64,000 nucleotides of DNA from Thermodesulfobacteriota bacterium (GCA_965197885.1 OZ240231.1:1839366-1903365); one strand, 5' to 3'. Positions 19,563-32,340 are shown, counted from the first letter of the stretch. Notes: generated by a model not told the origin, from the sequence alone. Translations and numbers: made by a program.

Positions 19563-20570
19563 ATGTCTATCAGGGTTGGAATAAATGGGTTCGGGAGGAT
19601 AGGAAGGCACGCACTTAGAATTGGTCTTGGTAGAGAAGATCTTGAGTTCGTGGGCATAAACGATATTACCGATACAGAAACCCTGGCCCATCTTTTCAAG
19701 TATGATTCGGTGTTCGGTCGCTACCCGGGAGAGGTAAAGTGCGACGGCGAGGGAATAACCGTTGACGGAAAATCCATAAAGGTGTTTTCTGAGAGAAACC
19801 CTGCGAATATTCCGTGGGCCGACACGGGAGCGCAGGTCGTGGCGGAGGCAAGCGGTATTTTCAGAACCCGCGAGGCTGCGGCGGCGCACATGGGCGAGAC
19901 CGTGAAAAAGGTCATAATTACCGCGCCCGCAAGCGGCAAGGTGGATTTCACTACGGTAATGGGTATAAACGACCATGAGTACGAGCCCGAAAGTCACGAC
20001 GTGATCTCAAACGCGTCCTGCACGACCAACTGTTTCGGTATGCTGGTCAAAGTTCTCCACGAAAATTTTGTGATCAGGCGGGGGGAGATGACCACCATAC
20101 ATTCCTATACGAACGATCAGAGAATACTTGACACCCCTCATAAGGATAAAAGAAGGGCAAGAGCGGCCGCTCTTTCAATTATTCCCACCAGCACCGGGGC
20201 GGCAAATGCAATACAGATCGTCTTCCCTGAACTCAAGGGAAAACTCTCCGCGGTAGCCGTGAGAGTACCTACACCCAACGTATCGCTTGTGGATTTTACC
20301 TGTGAGGTGGAGAAAGGAACTTCTACGGAGGAAGTAAACGCAAAATTCAAGGAGGCGGCCGAAGGAAACCTCGGCGTTTACCTGGCATACGTCGAGGACG
20401 AAATCGTTTCTTCCGATCTGGTGGGAGACACCCATTCCTGCTCTCTTGACTCCATGCTGACTTCGGTTGTAGAGGATAGTCTGGTCAAGGTTGTCGCCTG
20501 GTACGACAACGAGTATGGATACACTTCCAGGGTAGTTGATCTTATAGCGCTTGTCGGGAGAACGCTTTGA
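19563..20570 (+). CDS. gap: Type I glyceraldehyde-3-phosphate dehydrogenase
   Basis: INGFGRIGR N-terminus and the active-site motif SNASCTTNC. Start trimmed to MSIRVG at 19563. Confidence 0.9.
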   Translation: MSIRVGINGFGRIGRHALRIGLGREDLEFVGINDITDTETLAHLFKYDSVFGRYPGEVKCDGEGITVDGKSIKVFSERNPANIPWADTGAQVVAEASGIFRTREAAAAHMGETVKKVIITAPASGKVDFTTVMGINDHEYEPESHDVISNASCTTNCFGMLVKVLHENFVIRRGEMTTIHSYTNDQRILDTPHKDKRRARAAALSIIPTSTGAANAIQIVFPELKGKLSAVAVRVPTPNVSLVDFTCEVEKGTSTEEVNAKFKEAAEGNLGVYLAYVEDEIVSSDLVGDTHSCSLDSMLTSVVEDSLVKVVAWYDNEYGYTSRVVDLIALVGRTL

Positions 20571-21763
20571 AGAAAAAGCTTCTTGTAACCGATCTTCCCG
20601 GTTCGCAGTACGAAGGGAGAAGAGTTTTCGTAAGGGTTGATTTCAACGTTCCTGTAAACGGTGGGAAAATAACCGAAGATTACAGGATAAGACGCACTAT
20701 CCCCACAATCGATTACCTTACCAAGTGCGGAGCCAGGGTAATACTTGCTTCCCACATGGGAAGACCCAAGGGACGCAGGGTAGAAGATCTTTCAATGGCT
20801 CCGGTGGCGGCGAGGCTTAGCGAGTTTCTGGGAGCCAAGATCCGTTTTCCGGGTGCCGTTGTGGGCAAGAAGGTTGAAAACGCCTCGAAAAAGCTCAAAA
20901 ACGGCGAGGCAATGCTCCTTGAGAACCTCAGGTATCACAATGAGGAAGCGGAAAACGACGCGGATTTTTCGAAAAAACTTGCGTCTTTGGCCGATATCTA
21001 TGTGAACGAAGCTTTTGGCACCTCGCACAGGGCTCATGCTTCTACTTACGGAATGACTGCCCACTTCGAGAAAAAGCTCGCCGGCCTCATGGTGGGAAAC
21101 GAAATAAAGTTTCTTAGCCGTCTAATAAAAAAACCCAAGAAACCCTACGTGGTCATTGTAGGGGGAATGAAGATAAAAGACAAGATAGGCGCTCTCAAGA
21201 ACATAATCAAAAAGGCGGACAGGGTTCTTTTAGGTGGCGGGGTGGCCTATACTTTTCTGGCGGCGTCCGGGGTGAGCGTCGGGAAATGCTCCGTGGAGAA
21301 GGAAATGCTTTACTGGGCCCGGGAGGCTCTTGAAACCTACAAGGAAAAAATCCTTCTCCCCATTGACCACGTAATGGCCGAGACCGCCAGCGGCAAAAAA
21401 ACACTTGTGGTGACTGCCGCAGAGATTCCCGATGACATGACGGCTTTTGACATAGGGCCGAAGACGGTGGAGAAATTCACTTCCCATATAAAAGGGGAGG
21501 GCACGGTTTTCTGGAACGGCCCCATGGGATTTTTCGAGAGGGACGATTTTTCAAACGGCACGAGCTCCATCGCCAGGTCGTTCGCTCTCGCCACGTGGAG
21601 GGGGGCTACTACGGTTCTCGGAGGAGGAGACAGCGTGGTGGCACTTAAAAAGTCCGGTGTTAAGTTCTCCGAAATAACCCACGTGTCTACCGGGGGCGGG
21701 GCCTGTTTTGAATTTCTAGGAGCATCCGACCTTCCGGGAATATCGATTCTCAGTGACAGTTAG
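20567..21763 (+). CDS. pgk: Phosphoglycerate kinase
   Basis: TTG start overlapping the gap stop (TTTGA). Pgk motifs RVDFNVP and GGGD are present. Confidence 0.9.
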   Translation: MKKKLLVTDLPGSQYEGRRVFVRVDFNVPVNGGKITEDYRIRRTIPTIDYLTKCGARVILASHMGRPKGRRVEDLSMAPVAARLSEFLGAKIRFPGAVVGKKVENASKKLKNGEAMLLENLRYHNEEAENDADFSKKLASLADIYVNEAFGTSHRAHASTYGMTAHFEKKLAGLMVGNEIKFLSRLIKKPKKPYVVIVGGMKIKDKIGALKNIIKKADRVLLGGGVAYTFLAASGVSVGKCSVEKEMLYWAREALETYKEKILLPIDHVMAETASGKKTLVVTAAEIPDDMTAFDIGPKTVEKFTSHIKGEGTVFWNGPMGFFERDDFSNGTSSIARSFALATWRGATTVLGGGDSVVALKKSGVKFSEITHVSTGGGACFEFLGASDLPGISILSDS

Positions 21764-21815
21764 AACTCGATCAGGTATTTATTTCGATAGAATCTGAGAT
21801 TTTCAGGGGGAACTC

Positions 21816-22889
21816 ATGGCCATAAAAGAACTTAAGGGGATCGATAAGATACAGGCGGTGCTGGGAGAGGATTCGGAATACCTGCTCGGCCACAAGTGCT
21901 CTACTATAAGCAAAAAAAGCCTTTATCTCCCCGGCCCGGATTACATAGACGAGGTATTCGTCCAGAACGACCGCTCGCCCGCGGTAATCAGAAACCTGCA
22001 GACCATCCTTAATCACGGACGTCTCGGAGGAACTGGATACGTATCAATTCTTCCGGTGGACCAGGGGGTTGAGCATTCGGCGGGAGCTTCTTTTGCGGTG
22101 AATCCTATCTATTTCGATCCGGAGAACATAGTAAAGCTTGCAATTGAGGGGGGCTGTAACGCCGTGGCCTCGACCGTGGGGGTGCTGGGTTCGGTCTCAA
22201 GAAAATACGCTCACAAAATTCCTTTCATAGCCAAGATCAACCACAATGAGCTGCTTAGTTATCCCAATACCTTTGACCAGATTCTCTTCGGAAACGTCGA
22301 CCAGGCTTTTCAGATGGGAGCAGTAGCGGTCGGCGCGACGATATATTTCGGCTCCGAGGAAAGTCCCCGTCAGATCGAGGAAATATCCGAGGTTTTCAGC
22401 CATGCTCATTCCCTAGGTCTTGCGACCATACTCTGGGCTTATCTGAGAAACCCGGCTTTCAAGCAGGATGAGGCCGACTACCATGTCTCAGCTGATCTCA
22501 CGGGGCAGGCAAACCACCTCTCGGTGAGTGTAGGTGCCGATATAGTCAAGCAGAAGCTTCCGGAAAACAACGGCGGCTTCACGGCCCTTTCCTTCGGAAA
22601 GACCCACGAGCGCGTTTATTCAAAACTGACTTCCGATCACCCCATAGACCTCACCCGCTATCAGCTCGCAAACTGCTACATGGGAAGAATAGGGCTAATA
22701 AATTCGGGGGGTGCTTCGGGTTCAGACGATCTCGGAGACGCGGTGAGAACCGCCATTATAAACAAAAGGGCCGGAGGAATGGGGCTCATAAGCGGAAGAA
22801 AATCTTTCCAGAAACCCATGCGCGAAGGAGTCGCGCTTCTGAAAACCATTCAGAACGTCTACCTGGAGCGGGGAATCACGGTTGCCTAA
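21816..22889 (+). CDS. fbaB: Class I fructose-bisphosphate aldolase (FbaB/DhnA type)
   Basis: Near-collinear with recalled E. coli FbaB ([23 protein letters not shown], [19 protein letters not shown]). Confidence 0.9.
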   Translation: MAIKELKGIDKIQAVLGEDSEYLLGHKCSTISKKSLYLPGPDYIDEVFVQNDRSPAVIRNLQTILNHGRLGGTGYVSILPVDQGVEHSAGASFAVNPIYFDPENIVKLAIEGGCNAVASTVGVLGSVSRKYAHKIPFIAKINHNELLSYPNTFDQILFGNVDQAFQMGAVAVGATIYFGSEESPRQIEEISEVFSHAHSLGLATILWAYLRNPAFKQDEADYHVSADLTGQANHLSVSVGADIVKQKLPENNGGFTALSFGKTHERVYSKLTSDHPIDLTRYQLANCYMGRIGLINSGGASGSDDLGDAVRTAIINKRAGGMGLISGRKSFQKPMREGVALLKTIQNVYLERGITVA

Positions 22890-22899
22890 ACGGCGGGAA

Positions 22900-23952
22900 T
22901 CACTTGAAGTGACCGGTTACTTCCCCTGCAAGAACGTCAAAGGAATATTCTAGGTCGGGACTGAAATCCCTGATTATGAAGTGGGTGACTCCGGCTTCTA
23001 TGTATTCCTCAAACCTTTTTATAGCGTCGCGGGCCGTTCCGTAAATCACGAAATCAGACAGTATCTCCCGGGTATAGTACTTTTCTCCCATCTGCCTGAA
23101 TCTGGTTAGCATATCTTGGTCGTTTGGCATTATGCTTGTATAGGAAAGCCCCTTGTACAGCGGGTCTATTTTTAGATCGTATCCGGCTTCCTCTATGACA
23201 TCGGGCCAGATTATAGCGTGTTTTATTCTGTCCAGAGTCCCGTAGGCAGTGTCTTTATCCTTGGCGATGGACACAAAAATGTATATGCACTTCTCAAAGT
23301 TCTCCGGGGCGACGGGATTCTCATTCATGGCTTTTTCCACTTCACCGAGTTTGCTTGAAAAAACCCAGGTTGGCATCGCATTTGTTACCCAGCCGTTTCC
23401 AAGCGCACCGGCGGCCCCGAGAGCTTTCGGGCCGGTTGCGGCTATGTATAACGGGACTTCTTTTCCGTCAACCGGGCTTATCCTTACTTCGGCTTCACTA
23501 AGGGAGTAGAACTCGCCTTGGAAGGTCACCGTCTCTCCTGCCCAAAGCCGCCTCATAAGCGGCACAGCTTCCCGCAGACGCGCAAGAGGCCTGTTCCAGT
23601 TTATGCCGTAGTAATCAAGATTCATCTTTTCCCCGTACCCAAGACAACTGAATGCTCTTCCCTGAGAGAGATTGTCTATGGTTGCGAGTCTGTGGGCGAA
23701 TATTGCTGGATGGGATCTGTGAGGGTCCCCGATGGCTCCAAGGCGGATTCTGTCCGTTTTTACCGCAGCCGCCGTGATTATTGACCACACTTCGGGGGTC
23801 AGTTTTTTCGCCATAAACAGTATGTGGTCGGGAAACCATACGGCATCAAAACCGGCAGCCTCGCAGCGGACGGCGAAATCCACGAGTTCGGTAACGGGTT
23901 TGCCCGGAAGAGGTGCAGTAAGCCCGAAACTGATTTTTTCGCCCATTCTCAC
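22900..23952 (-). CDS. LLM-class flavin-dependent oxidoreductase (luciferase-like, possibly F420-dependent)
   Basis: TIM-barrel luciferase-like motifs (DAVWFPDH, GIGxxGYG-like). Confidence 0.65.
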   Translation of the reverse strand: MRMGEKISFGLTAPLPGKPVTELVDFAVRCEAAGFDAVWFPDHILFMAKKLTPEVWSIITAAAVKTDRIRLGAIGDPHRSHPAIFAHRLATIDNLSQGRAFSCLGYGEKMNLDYYGINWNRPLARLREAVPLMRRLWAGETVTFQGEFYSLSEAEVRISPVDGKEVPLYIAATGPKALGAAGALGNGWVTNAMPTWVFSSKLGEVEKAMNENPVAPENFEKCIYIFVSIAKDKDTAYGTLDRIKHAIIWPDVIEEAGYDLKIDPLYKGLSYTSIMPNDQDMLTRFRQMGEKYYTREILSDFVIYGTARDAIKRFEEYIEAGVTHFIIRDFSPDLEYSFDVLAGEVTGHFK

Positions 23953-24968
23953 CCCTCCTCGGATTCTTTAGTGTCTTTTAAGAAGTTCAGAACCTTGCTT
24001 ACCATGTTATAAGAACCAATATATATCGGGGTTCTCTGGTGAAGTTCCGTCGGATGAATATCAAGCGTTCTCTCCGTCCCGCTCGACGCCGCTCCTCCGG
24101 CTTGTTCAACGATAAACGCCATCGGGTTACACTCGTAGAGAAGTCTGAGTTTTCCGTTCGGAGAATCTGAAGTCTGCGGATAAAGAAATATTCCTCCCTT
24201 AAGCAGGTTCCTGTGAATGTCGGCGACCATGGATCCGACATACCTGAGCGAAAGACTGGAACTGTTTTCCCCGTCCCTGCAGTGGTCGAGATACTCCCTT
24301 ACCCTCTTGGGGAATTTCGAGTAGTTATAGTAATTGACCGAGAAGATATCGCCGTGACTGGGAATCTTTATGTTTGGATGGGAGAGGCAGAATTCCCCTA
24401 TCGACGGGTCAAGAGTAAATCCGTTTACTCCGTGCCCGGTAGTGTATACCAGCATGGTCGAAGAACCGTATATTATGTATCCGGCGGCCGTCTGGGCCTT
24501 GCCCGGTTGCAGGAAATCCTCCTTGAGACACGGGGAGAACATCTTCGACATTCTTCTGTATACGGAAAATATAGTTCCCACCGACACGTTTACGTCTATG
24601 TTGGAGGACCCGTCGAGAGGGTCCATCGCTATGACGTATTTCGAGGTTTTTGATTTATCGTCTGAAAAAGGTATGAAATCCTCATTTTCCTCAGAAGCCA
24701 CCCCCGCGCATTCTCCGCCATGTTCAAGCGCGATCAGAAACCTTTCGTTCGCGTAGGAATCTAGCTTTCTTACCTCTTCTCCCTGAATGTTTATCTGGCC
24801 CGTTTTGCCCAGGATATCCGCGACCAAACCGGCTTTGTTTACTTCCCTGTGAACTATTTTCGCCGCGAACCCTATATCCCGAAGCAGCCTGGAAAGCTCC
24901 CCGGTGGAATAGGGAAATTCATACTGATTTCTTATGATGAATTCGTCAAGAGTAGTTATTGAAACCAT
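23949..24968 (-). CDS. fbp: Class 1 fructose-1,6-bisphosphatase
   Basis: [10 protein letters not shown] metal-binding motif and GKLRLLYE. Confidence 0.85.
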   Translation of the reverse strand: MVSITTLDEFIIRNQYEFPYSTGELSRLLRDIGFAAKIVHREVNKAGLVADILGKTGQINIQGEEVRKLDSYANERFLIALEHGGECAGVASEENEDFIPFSDDKSKTSKYVIAMDPLDGSSNIDVNVSVGTIFSVYRRMSKMFSPCLKEDFLQPGKAQTAAGYIIYGSSTMLVYTTGHGVNGFTLDPSIGEFCLSHPNIKIPSHGDIFSVNYYNYSKFPKRVREYLDHCRDGENSSSLSLRYVGSMVADIHRNLLKGGIFLYPQTSDSPNGKLRLLYECNPMAFIVEQAGGAASSGTERTLDIHPTELHQRTPIYIGSYNMVSKVLNFLKDTKESEEG

Positions 24969-25173
24969 GTTGAGAGTTGTTCTAGAAAAAGGCCCCAGAC
25001 AAAACGCTTTTCCTATAAGAGTTTAACTGAATCGGAGGAGTTAATTAAGGGAAGATCGGTTAATAATAATTGCAGAAAAAACGTTTCAGGCTCACAAACC
25101 ACGCAGGTTTCCAGGATCCTTAAGGTAGCGTTGTGGAGAAGGCAGCTATGAAAATCCAACGGTTCATCTTTGC

Positions 25174-25710
25174 TTATTCAAAGTCTGACTCTCGTTTTCC
25201 TTCCCGAAGTTCCCGGAGTTTTTCCAAGCTTTCGTCAATGTTATCCGGCACCTGTTCCCTGATAATGTGATATCCGATGATCACTTTGGGCGCCAGAACG
25301 GAATTTTTAACGAAAGGAGCATCCTCGTCTACAAATTGCTTTACCCCTGCTACCACGAGGTAACAGAGCAGCAGACCTATTATAAATCCCAGTGCTCCTC
25401 CGAGAAGGTGGTTAAGCCACCCCATATTAATTTTTTCCACCAGGGCTGTCAGGAAATGCGAGAGATAATGTATGAGCATGTACGCGAGGCAGGCTACTAT
25501 CAGAAATCCCAGAATATCCGCGATTTTCGGTTCGGCGATGATATTGTTTTCAAGTAAGACAGTTCCGAGAGATTCGTGAAAAAAAAAGCCCAGCACGATT
25601 CCCCCTATTATGGCTGTGAGGGAGAAAACCTGCTTTATAAGACCTGATCTGAGTCCCGCCGCGAAACAGATCAGAATCATGCATAAGAGCAAGATATCGA
25701 AATAGTTCAA
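25174..25710 (-). CDS. cvpA: CvpA family membrane protein
   Basis: 178 aa with 4 TM segments and a typical CvpA N-terminus (NxxDxLLL). Confidence 0.65.
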   Translation of the reverse strand: MNYFDILLLCMILICFAAGLRSGLIKQVFSLTAIIGGIVLGFFFHESLGTVLLENNIIAEPKIADILGFLIVACLAYMLIHYLSHFLTALVEKINMGWLNHLLGGALGFIIGLLLCYLVVAGVKQFVDEDAPFVKNSVLAPKVIIGYHIIREQVPDNIDESLEKLRELREGKRESDFE

Positions 25711-25840
25711 ATCGGTTTACCGTTACGCTTTTGTAAACTATCTTACGTAAAATTTCATTTGAAAAAGGAAACTTACATTAGGTTCACGGCGGTGTCCAGT
25801 CTTTGACTTGTCGGGTTCATTCATATAGTCTAAGCGTCCG

Positions 25841-26824
25841 ATGGAGTTCTCGGACATAATTGAGATAATTCACCCCAGCCTTGCGGAAACGGAAAGGAAA
25901 ATCGATGAATTCATAAAATCCGATATTCCGTTGGTTTACGAAATAGCCAGGTATCTGCTTGGCGGAGGGGGAAAAAGAATCAGACCTTCTCTCGTTCTTC
26001 TCTCAAGCGCGGCCTGCGGGCTTGCCGAAGGGGAGGACCGGATTGCAGCCGCCGCGGGTATTGAACTTTTTCACGCCGGCACCCTTTTTCACGATGATGT
26101 AGTTGATCAGGCGGAATTCAGAAGGGGAAACGCCTCTTCCAATATGGTATGGGGAAACAAACCCACCGTGCTCGTAGGGGACTTTATGCTTGCACGAGGC
26201 CTTGAGCTCATATACAGCTGTGGCAGTCTCGAACTTCTGAGGGTGGTTTCCAGGGCCTCATCACGCCTAGCCGAGGGTCATGTACTTGAGATCATGAGCG
26301 AAAGAAAGATGATTGAAATTTCAGAGGATTTCTGTTTTTCCGTAATTGATCACAAAACGGCGGCGCTCATTGAGTGCTCGACCGAGACCGGAGCGCTTTT
26401 GGCGAACACTTCAAATGGAGCGGTTAAAGCTCTTTCATGCTACGGCCACAACATAGGAATAGCGTTTCAGCTCATAGACGATGCGCTTGATTACTGTTCG
26501 GAGGAAAACAAGTTCGGAAAAAAGACCGGCCAGGACCTGGCTGAACGCAAGATGACCCTCCCGCTTTACTATTCAATTGAAAACGCCCCGGAAGACATAA
26601 GACGCAAAGTGATCGAAACGCTTGATAAGGAAGATGAACTTGATAGTTCCGAGATAGCGGAAATAACGGAGATCGTAAGCCACTACCGGGGAGTCGACCT
26701 GACCAGGCAACGTGCAAAAGAATTTGTTGTCGACGCAAAAAAGTCTCTGGATGGGATAGCCAAGAGCGATTATAAAGAATCCCTCGGCTGCCTTGCCGAT
26801 TACGTGGCTGAGAGAAACTTCTGA
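25841..26824 (+). CDS. Polyprenyl synthetase family protein (IspB-like trans-prenyltransferase)
   Basis: First and second Asp-rich motifs (LFHDDVVD, LIDDALDY) and GGGKRIRP. Confidence 0.8.
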   Translation: MEFSDIIEIIHPSLAETERKIDEFIKSDIPLVYEIARYLLGGGGKRIRPSLVLLSSAACGLAEGEDRIAAAAGIELFHAGTLFHDDVVDQAEFRRGNASSNMVWGNKPTVLVGDFMLARGLELIYSCGSLELLRVVSRASSRLAEGHVLEIMSERKMIEISEDFCFSVIDHKTAALIECSTETGALLANTSNGAVKALSCYGHNIGIAFQLIDDALDYCSEENKFGKKTGQDLAERKMTLPLYYSIENAPEDIRRKVIETLDKEDELDSSEIAEITEIVSHYRGVDLTRQRAKEFVVDAKKSLDGIAKSDYKESLGCLADYVAERNF

Positions 26825-27273
26825 TAGTATAGATCAAGCGCAAGGCCCATGACAAAAGCGTCTCCCCTGTCCCTGCTGTAGTAGTTTTTACGCGTCCTTA
26901 TGATTTCGAACCCGAGTTTTTTGTAAAGAGCGATTGCGGGGGTGTTTGTTGTTCTTACCTCAAGAATTACGGAGAGAGCACCCATTTTCTCGTAAAAATT
27001 AAACGTGTCGGAAAGCAGTTCAATCGCCACTCCCTTTCTCCTGTGGCAGCGTGACACGGCGATCTTAAATACGTGAATTTCATCGTAAATAAGGGTGGAT
27101 ATGGAGTAGCCCGCAACATTCTCGTCGCTTCCGCTTATCGCGATGTTGCAGAAAAACCCCGGTTTTTTTATGTAATCGGCGAGTATCTGTTTCGGCCACG
27201 GGGTGATGAAGGAGTCGTCTTCGATTCTCACGATCTCGTCAATGTGTTCGGGTGAAACAGTTTTGATAATCAT
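26800..27273 (-). CDS. GNAT family N-acetyltransferase (RimI-like)
   Basis: Acetyl-CoA binding motif RRKGVAIELL. Overlaps meaB by 4 nt. Confidence 0.65.
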   Translation of the reverse strand: MIIKTVSPEHIDEIVRIEDDSFITPWPKQILADYIKKPGFFCNIAISGSDENVAGYSISTLIYDEIHVFKIAVSRCHRRKGVAIELLSDTFNFYEKMGALSVILEVRTTNTPAIALYKKLGFEIIRTRKNYYSRDRGDAFVMGLALDLYYQKFLSAT

Positions 27274-28295
27274 TGTTCTCGTGCCGACGGGGACAAGCGA
27301 AGCTTTTCAAAATAGAGGTCAAGCAGATTCGCGGCTCCCGTGTACGGGTCCGTTTTTCCTTCCATCACTTCTTTTTCCATTTCGCCGAGCGTTTTTTTGA
27401 CCAGAGGGTTTTCGTAAAAGCTGTCTTCAAGGTTCTGGGTCAGCGCTTCGTGCAAACGGTATTTCGCCTGTTTTTTCCTTTTTTCCATAAAGTATCCGTT
27501 TTCTCTGCAGAGCTTTTCATACTCAACGACGCATTCCCAGATTTCCCTTATTCCGTAGCCCGTAACGGAGGAGCAGGCGTAAGACTTTGGAACCCACCCG
27601 GATTCAGGCGGTTTATGAAATCTGAGCGCTTCTTCCATTTCCTGTCTCGTAATCTCCGCCTTCTTTTTGTTCCTTCCGTCCGCTTTAGCTATCAATACGG
27701 CATCGGCGCGTTCAATTATTCCCTTTTTTATCCCCTGAATGTCATCTCCCGCCCCGGTAATCATGAGCAGCATGAAAAAATCGACCATGGAGTGGCAGGT
27801 GATTTCAGACTGTCCGACTCCCACTGTTTCTATGAGAATCGTGTCGAATCCCGCCGCTTCGCAGAGAATCACCGCGTCACTTGTCTTTTTTGAAACTCCT
27901 CCGAGGGAGCCGGCCGACGGAGAAGGCCGTATATAGACGTTTTCGTGTCTGGAAAGTTCTTGCATTCTGAGTTTGTCGCCGAGAACACTTCCTCCCGTTT
28001 CGCTGCTTGTGGGGTCAATTGCGAGCACGGCTATCTTTTTTTCGCACTCGCGCGCGAGGTAGAGGCCCAAAGATTCTATGAAACTGCTTTTTCCAACTCC
28101 CGGTATGCCTGTAATTCCTACCCTTATGGATTTTCCGGACCGTGGCAGACACCACGTGATTATTTCCCGCGCAAGTTTTTTATGCTCGGGCAGGGTGCTT
28201 TCCGCAAGGGTTATCGCTCTGCTCAGAACGGTTATCTCTCCCTTGGCTATACCCTGGCGGTAGGCCTCCGCTTCTGTTTTTCTGCGCGGCGTCAT
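27270..28295 (-). CDS. meaB: Methylmalonyl-CoA mutase-associated GTPase MeaB/ArgK
   Basis: P-loop GIPGVGKSS, switch motifs and ETVGVGQSE. Confidence 0.85.
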   Translation of the reverse strand: MTPRRKTEAEAYRQGIAKGEITVLSRAITLAESTLPEHKKLAREIITWCLPRSGKSIRVGITGIPGVGKSSFIESLGLYLARECEKKIAVLAIDPTSSETGGSVLGDKLRMQELSRHENVYIRPSPSAGSLGGVSKKTSDAVILCEAAGFDTILIETVGVGQSEITCHSMVDFFMLLMITGAGDDIQGIKKGIIERADAVLIAKADGRNKKKAEITRQEMEEALRFHKPPESGWVPKSYACSSVTGYGIREIWECVVEYEKLCRENGYFMEKRKKQAKYRLHEALTQNLEDSFYENPLVKKTLGEMEKEVMEGKTDPYTGAANLLDLYFEKLRLSPSAREQ

Positions 28296-30424
28296 ATTCG
28301 GGTTTCCATCAGGGACAGGAGTATAGCTTCAGCCGCCGTGGACAGCACGGTTCCCGGACCGAATATCTGCGAGACTCCGGCGTCCCTTAGGTAATCGTAA
28401 TCGCGTTTCGGGATAACTCCTCCAGCCACTACCATTATGTCTTCTGCCCCCACTTCTCCGAGCTTTTTTATCAGTTCGGGAATAAGAGTTTTGTGACCGG
28501 CGGCCAAGCTTGATATTCCGATTACGTGGACATCATTTTCAACCGCCTGTCTTGCCGCCTCTTCGGGAGTTTGAAAAAGCGGGCCTATGTCCACGTCGAA
28601 ACCGAGGTCGGCAAACCCCGTCGCTATTATTTTCGCTCCGCGGTCATGGCCGTCCTGTCCCATTTTGGCGACCAGTATTCTGGGTCTTCTCCCTCCCGCC
28701 GCGGCGAAACGGTCGGCAAGCTCTCTTGCCTTGGCAAATCCAGCGTCCTTGGAGATTTCCGAGGAATATACCCCCGAGATCGTGCGCCATCCGGGCTGAT
28801 ATCTTCCCCATACCTCTTCGCACGCGTCTGATATTTCTCCCAGGGTGGCGTTTTCCCTTGCGGCCTCAACTGCCAGGGAAAGGAGGTTGCCTTCACCGGT
28901 TCTGGCACATTCGGTGATTTTCTGAAGCGCGTGTGCTACTGCCTTGGAGTCTCTTTTTTCTTTTAGCCTCTTGAGTCTTTCGATCTGGTTTTGCCTCACC
29001 TTGCGGTTATCCACTTCCAGTATATCGAGTTCTTCCTGTGTGTCCGAGTCGTATCTGTTAACTCCCACTATCACGTCTTTCCCCGAATCTATTCTCGCCT
29101 GTTTTCGGGCTGCCGCCTCCTCGATTCTCATTTTCGGTATGCCGGTTTCTATGGCTTTGGACATTCCTCCCAGATCCTCTATCTCCATTATAAGTTCCCA
29201 TGCTTTTTTTGCCAGATTGTGAGTCAGGTATTCAACGTAGTAGGATCCCGCCCAAGGGTCGATCGACCTGCATATATCGGTTTCTTTCTGGAGATAAAGC
29301 TGGGTATTTCTCGCTATTCTGGCGGAAAAGTCGGTGGGAAGGGCGATGGCTTCATCAAGGGCATTTGTGTGAAGCGACTGGGTGCCGCCGAGCACTGCGC
29401 TTAGGGCTTCAACGCAGGTTCTCGTCACGTTGTTAAACGGAGACTGTTCCGTAAGACTCCATCCGGAAGTCTGGCAGTGGGTTCTGAGCATAAGCGATTC
29501 CGGACTTTTAGGGTTAAACTGCTTGACGATTTTGGCCCACAGCATTCTCCCTGCCCTCATCTTTGCGATTTCCATGAAATGATCCATGCCTATTCCCCAG
29601 AAAAAGGAGATTCTGGGCGCAAAATCGTCAATGTTGAGTCCCGCTTCAACCCCTGCTCTTATGTACTCACGGCCATCTGCCAGCGTGTAAGCAAGCTCTA
29701 TGTCCGACGTGGCCCCCGCTTCCTGCATGTGGTAGCCGCTTACGCTTATTGAATTAAACTTCGGCATCTTTTTCGACGTGTATTCGAAAATGTCCGATAC
29801 TATTTTCATTGAGAATTCGGGCGGGTAAATGTAGGTGTTCCTTACCATGAACTCCTTGAGTATGTCGTTTTGGATCGTGCCGCTCAGTTTTTCCGGCCCC
29901 ACTCCCCGTCGCTCCGCAACGACTATGTAGAAAGCCATGATCGGCAGAACCGCGCCGTTCATGGTCATGGAAACCGAGATTTGATCAAGAGGTATTCGAT
30001 CGAGAAGAATTTCCATGTCAAGAACCGAATCTATTGCCACGCCTGCCTTTCCGACGTCTCCCGAAACCCTGGGGTGATCCGAGTCATACCCCCTGTGAGT
30101 CGGAAGATCGAAGGCTATGGAGAGCCCCTTCTGCCCCGCGGCCAGGTTTCTTCTGTAAAAAGCGTTTGATTCCTCGGCGGTGGAAAAGCCCGCATACTGC
30201 CTTATGGTCCAAGGTCTTGTAACGTACATGGTCGGGTAGGGTCCGCGAAGATAGGGCGGGATTCCTGAGACAAATCCCAGGTGTTCCGAGCTGCTGAGAT
30301 CGTCACGGACATAAAGCGTCTTTATTTCTATTTTTTCCGGTGATTGACGCGCTATATTCCCCGCTGCCTCGGTGCTGCCCCTTGGGACGCTGCCAAGTTT
30401 TATTTTCGAAAAATCGGGTCTCAT
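28292..30424 (-). CDS. scpA: Methylmalonyl-CoA mutase large subunit (catalytic, with C-terminal B12-binding domain)
   Basis: 710 aa with a B12-binding DxHxxG-type region ([13 protein letters not shown]) and a conserved mutase core. Confidence 0.9.
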   Translation of the reverse strand: MRPDFSKIKLGSVPRGSTEAAGNIARQSPEKIEIKTLYVRDDLSSSEHLGFVSGIPPYLRGPYPTMYVTRPWTIRQYAGFSTAEESNAFYRRNLAAGQKGLSIAFDLPTHRGYDSDHPRVSGDVGKAGVAIDSVLDMEILLDRIPLDQISVSMTMNGAVLPIMAFYIVVAERRGVGPEKLSGTIQNDILKEFMVRNTYIYPPEFSMKIVSDIFEYTSKKMPKFNSISVSGYHMQEAGATSDIELAYTLADGREYIRAGVEAGLNIDDFAPRISFFWGIGMDHFMEIAKMRAGRMLWAKIVKQFNPKSPESLMLRTHCQTSGWSLTEQSPFNNVTRTCVEALSAVLGGTQSLHTNALDEAIALPTDFSARIARNTQLYLQKETDICRSIDPWAGSYYVEYLTHNLAKKAWELIMEIEDLGGMSKAIETGIPKMRIEEAAARKQARIDSGKDVIVGVNRYDSDTQEELDILEVDNRKVRQNQIERLKRLKEKRDSKAVAHALQKITECARTGEGNLLSLAVEAARENATLGEISDACEEVWGRYQPGWRTISGVYSSEISKDAGFAKARELADRFAAAGGRRPRILVAKMGQDGHDRGAKIIATGFADLGFDVDIGPLFQTPEEAARQAVENDVHVIGISSLAAGHKTLIPELIKKLGEVGAEDIMVVAGGVIPKRDYDYLRDAGVSQIFGPGTVLSTAAEAILLSLMETRI

Positions 30425-32340
30425 GTTCGGGCCTCGTCTGAGAAAAACGGCTGCTGGTATCTTTCAAGCACATCGCAGACATCGGAATCTGCGTGGATGA
30501 AGTCATCCGCTCCTGCCTGAGCGAGTCTCTCCAGTACGCTTTGTGCGCCCTCAGAGACGACTACTTTCATTTCCGCTCTTTTGTTTTTGAGTTTTCTTAT
30601 CGCTTCCTCCGCGAACTGCTCGTAATCTCTGTCGGAACCGCAGATTACTACCGCCAGCGGGTTCTCGGAAAGAGCTGCGGTGACTCCCTCATGCATTCCC
30701 GGATTTCCCGCTCCGTCAACTAACGCAAATCCCCCGCATCCGAAAAAATTCATCGAGAAAGCCGCTCTTGCTATTGTCTGCGGAGAATCGCCCAGATGAA
30801 GAAGAAAAACCCTTGGCCCTCCGCCCGTTTTTTCCGCGTATTTTTCGCTTAGAAGCCTTATTTTTTCAAAACGCTGCGCCTCTCTTGATTCCCCAAGAGG
30901 TGTCACTTTCGGAGCCGCGCTACTCATCTCTTTTCCGGCGGACGCGGTTTTCCGGATATTTGCTGTCATCTTTTCCAGTGGATTGGGAAACTCATTTGTT
31001 CCGATGAGCGTTTTTTTCCTTCGGGAAATGTCGTGGAGCGTTTTTTTTCTGCTGGTTTCAACCGCGTTCTGTATGAACCCGTTTTTCAGACATTCAAGGT
31101 AGCCGCCTTTTGTTTCTATTTCCTGGAACAGCTCAAGGGATTTTTGTGATATGGACTGCGTCAGCTTCTCTATGTGATAGGAGCCGCCCCCGGGGTCGGT
31201 TACCACGTCGAGGTGAGATTCGTTTTTTATCAGAAGCTGGATGTTTCTCGCCACTCTCCTCGAGAACTTGCCGGGTTCCCCGTAGTGGGCGTCAAAGGGC
31301 TCCACGGTCAGAGAATCCGTCCCTCCGATTACCGACGCCATGGCTTCAAGTGTTGCCCGCGGTATGTTTACATGGGAGTCGTAAACGGTTTTGTTGAAGG
31401 TCGCGGTGCGGCAATGGATTTTCATTTTTGTAGACTCGGCGGAGGCGGGGGCGAATTTCTCCGCGATGTTCCCCCAGAGCGCTCTTGCGGCGCGAAGCTT
31501 AGCGATTTCCGTAAAGTAGCTTGAGCCGGTGGAAAAGGAAAAAACGAGATGACGGCAGGCGCAGTCCGCATCAACGTCCCTTTGGCGAAGCATGACCAGA
31601 TACTCGACGGCCGCGGCGATTGTGAAAGCGAGTTCCTGAGTTATTGTTGCCCCTGAGTTTTTAAACGCTGAGCTTTTTACCGAAAACGCCGCGTAACCGG
31701 GTGCGGCATCGGAGAGATGTCCAATAGTTTTTGCGATTTTCTCCACGTGTTTGTCAAGCGTCGTCGCCAGAGACCCGTGGGCGAGCAACTGTGAAAGAGG
31801 GTCGAAAAAAAATGCCCCGCTCAGTTCCTGGGTGTTGATTCCTTTCTTCCTGCAGCAGGAAATAAAAAGCGCGCAGACTTTTTCCGGATCTTCTCTCAAA
31901 GCAAAATTGAAGCTGGTGCGCAAGGGATCTATATCTTTTATGAGAGTTTCCATAACCTCGCGTTTTATCTTCGTTTCCGCAAAGAAGGTAAGGGAACCCG
32001 CTCCGCCTTTTATCGCCGTAAGCGCATCACGCACCGCGTCTTCTGGGGCGGCGAGTTTTATGTCTTCGGTTAGAAGCCAGCTGTTATCTTTTTTGCGGGT
32101 TCCGCGGACGAAGGGGAACTCTCCCGGAAACTGGTTTTCCCTGAAGAAGAAATCCTTGGTTTCCTCTTCGGTGTAGAAAGGTTCAACCGCTATGCCGTCT
32201 TCTGTGTGCCATACCAGATCTTCGTAGCGGGCATGCTTTGCGATTCTTTTTTCGGCTTCTTTTTTCCAGCTCTCTTTTGATACGCTTGGAAAATCATCGA
32301 AAAGAAGAATTTGCCCATGTTTTCTTTTCGCTTCGCTCAT
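30421..32340 (-). CDS. mutA: Methylmalonyl-CoA mutase small (beta) subunit
   Basis: MCM-fold without the canonical B12 His motif. Start trimmed to MSEAKRK at 32340, which has a ggaga RBS. Overlaps scpA by 4 nt. Confidence 0.75.
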   Translation of the reverse strand: MSEAKRKHGQILLFDDFPSVSKESWKKEAEKRIAKHARYEDLVWHTEDGIAVEPFYTEEETKDFFFRENQFPGEFPFVRGTRKKDNSWLLTEDIKLAAPEDAVRDALTAIKGGAGSLTFFAETKIKREVMETLIKDIDPLRTSFNFALREDPEKVCALFISCCRKKGINTQELSGAFFFDPLSQLLAHGSLATTLDKHVEKIAKTIGHLSDAAPGYAAFSVKSSAFKNSGATITQELAFTIAAAVEYLVMLRQRDVDADCACRHLVFSFSTGSSYFTEIAKLRAARALWGNIAEKFAPASAESTKMKIHCRTATFNKTVYDSHVNIPRATLEAMASVIGGTDSLTVEPFDAHYGEPGKFSRRVARNIQLLIKNESHLDVVTDPGGGSYHIEKLTQSISQKSLELFQEIETKGGYLECLKNGFIQNAVETSRKKTLHDISRRKKTLIGTNEFPNPLEKMTANIRKTASAGKEMSSAAPKVTPLGESREAQRFEKIRLLSEKYAEKTGGGPRVFLLHLGDSPQTIARAAFSMNFFGCGGFALVDGAGNPGMHEGVTAALSENPLAVVICGSDRDYEQFAEEAIRKLKNKRAEMKVVVSEGAQSVLERLAQAGADDFIHADSDVCDVLERYQQPFFSDEART

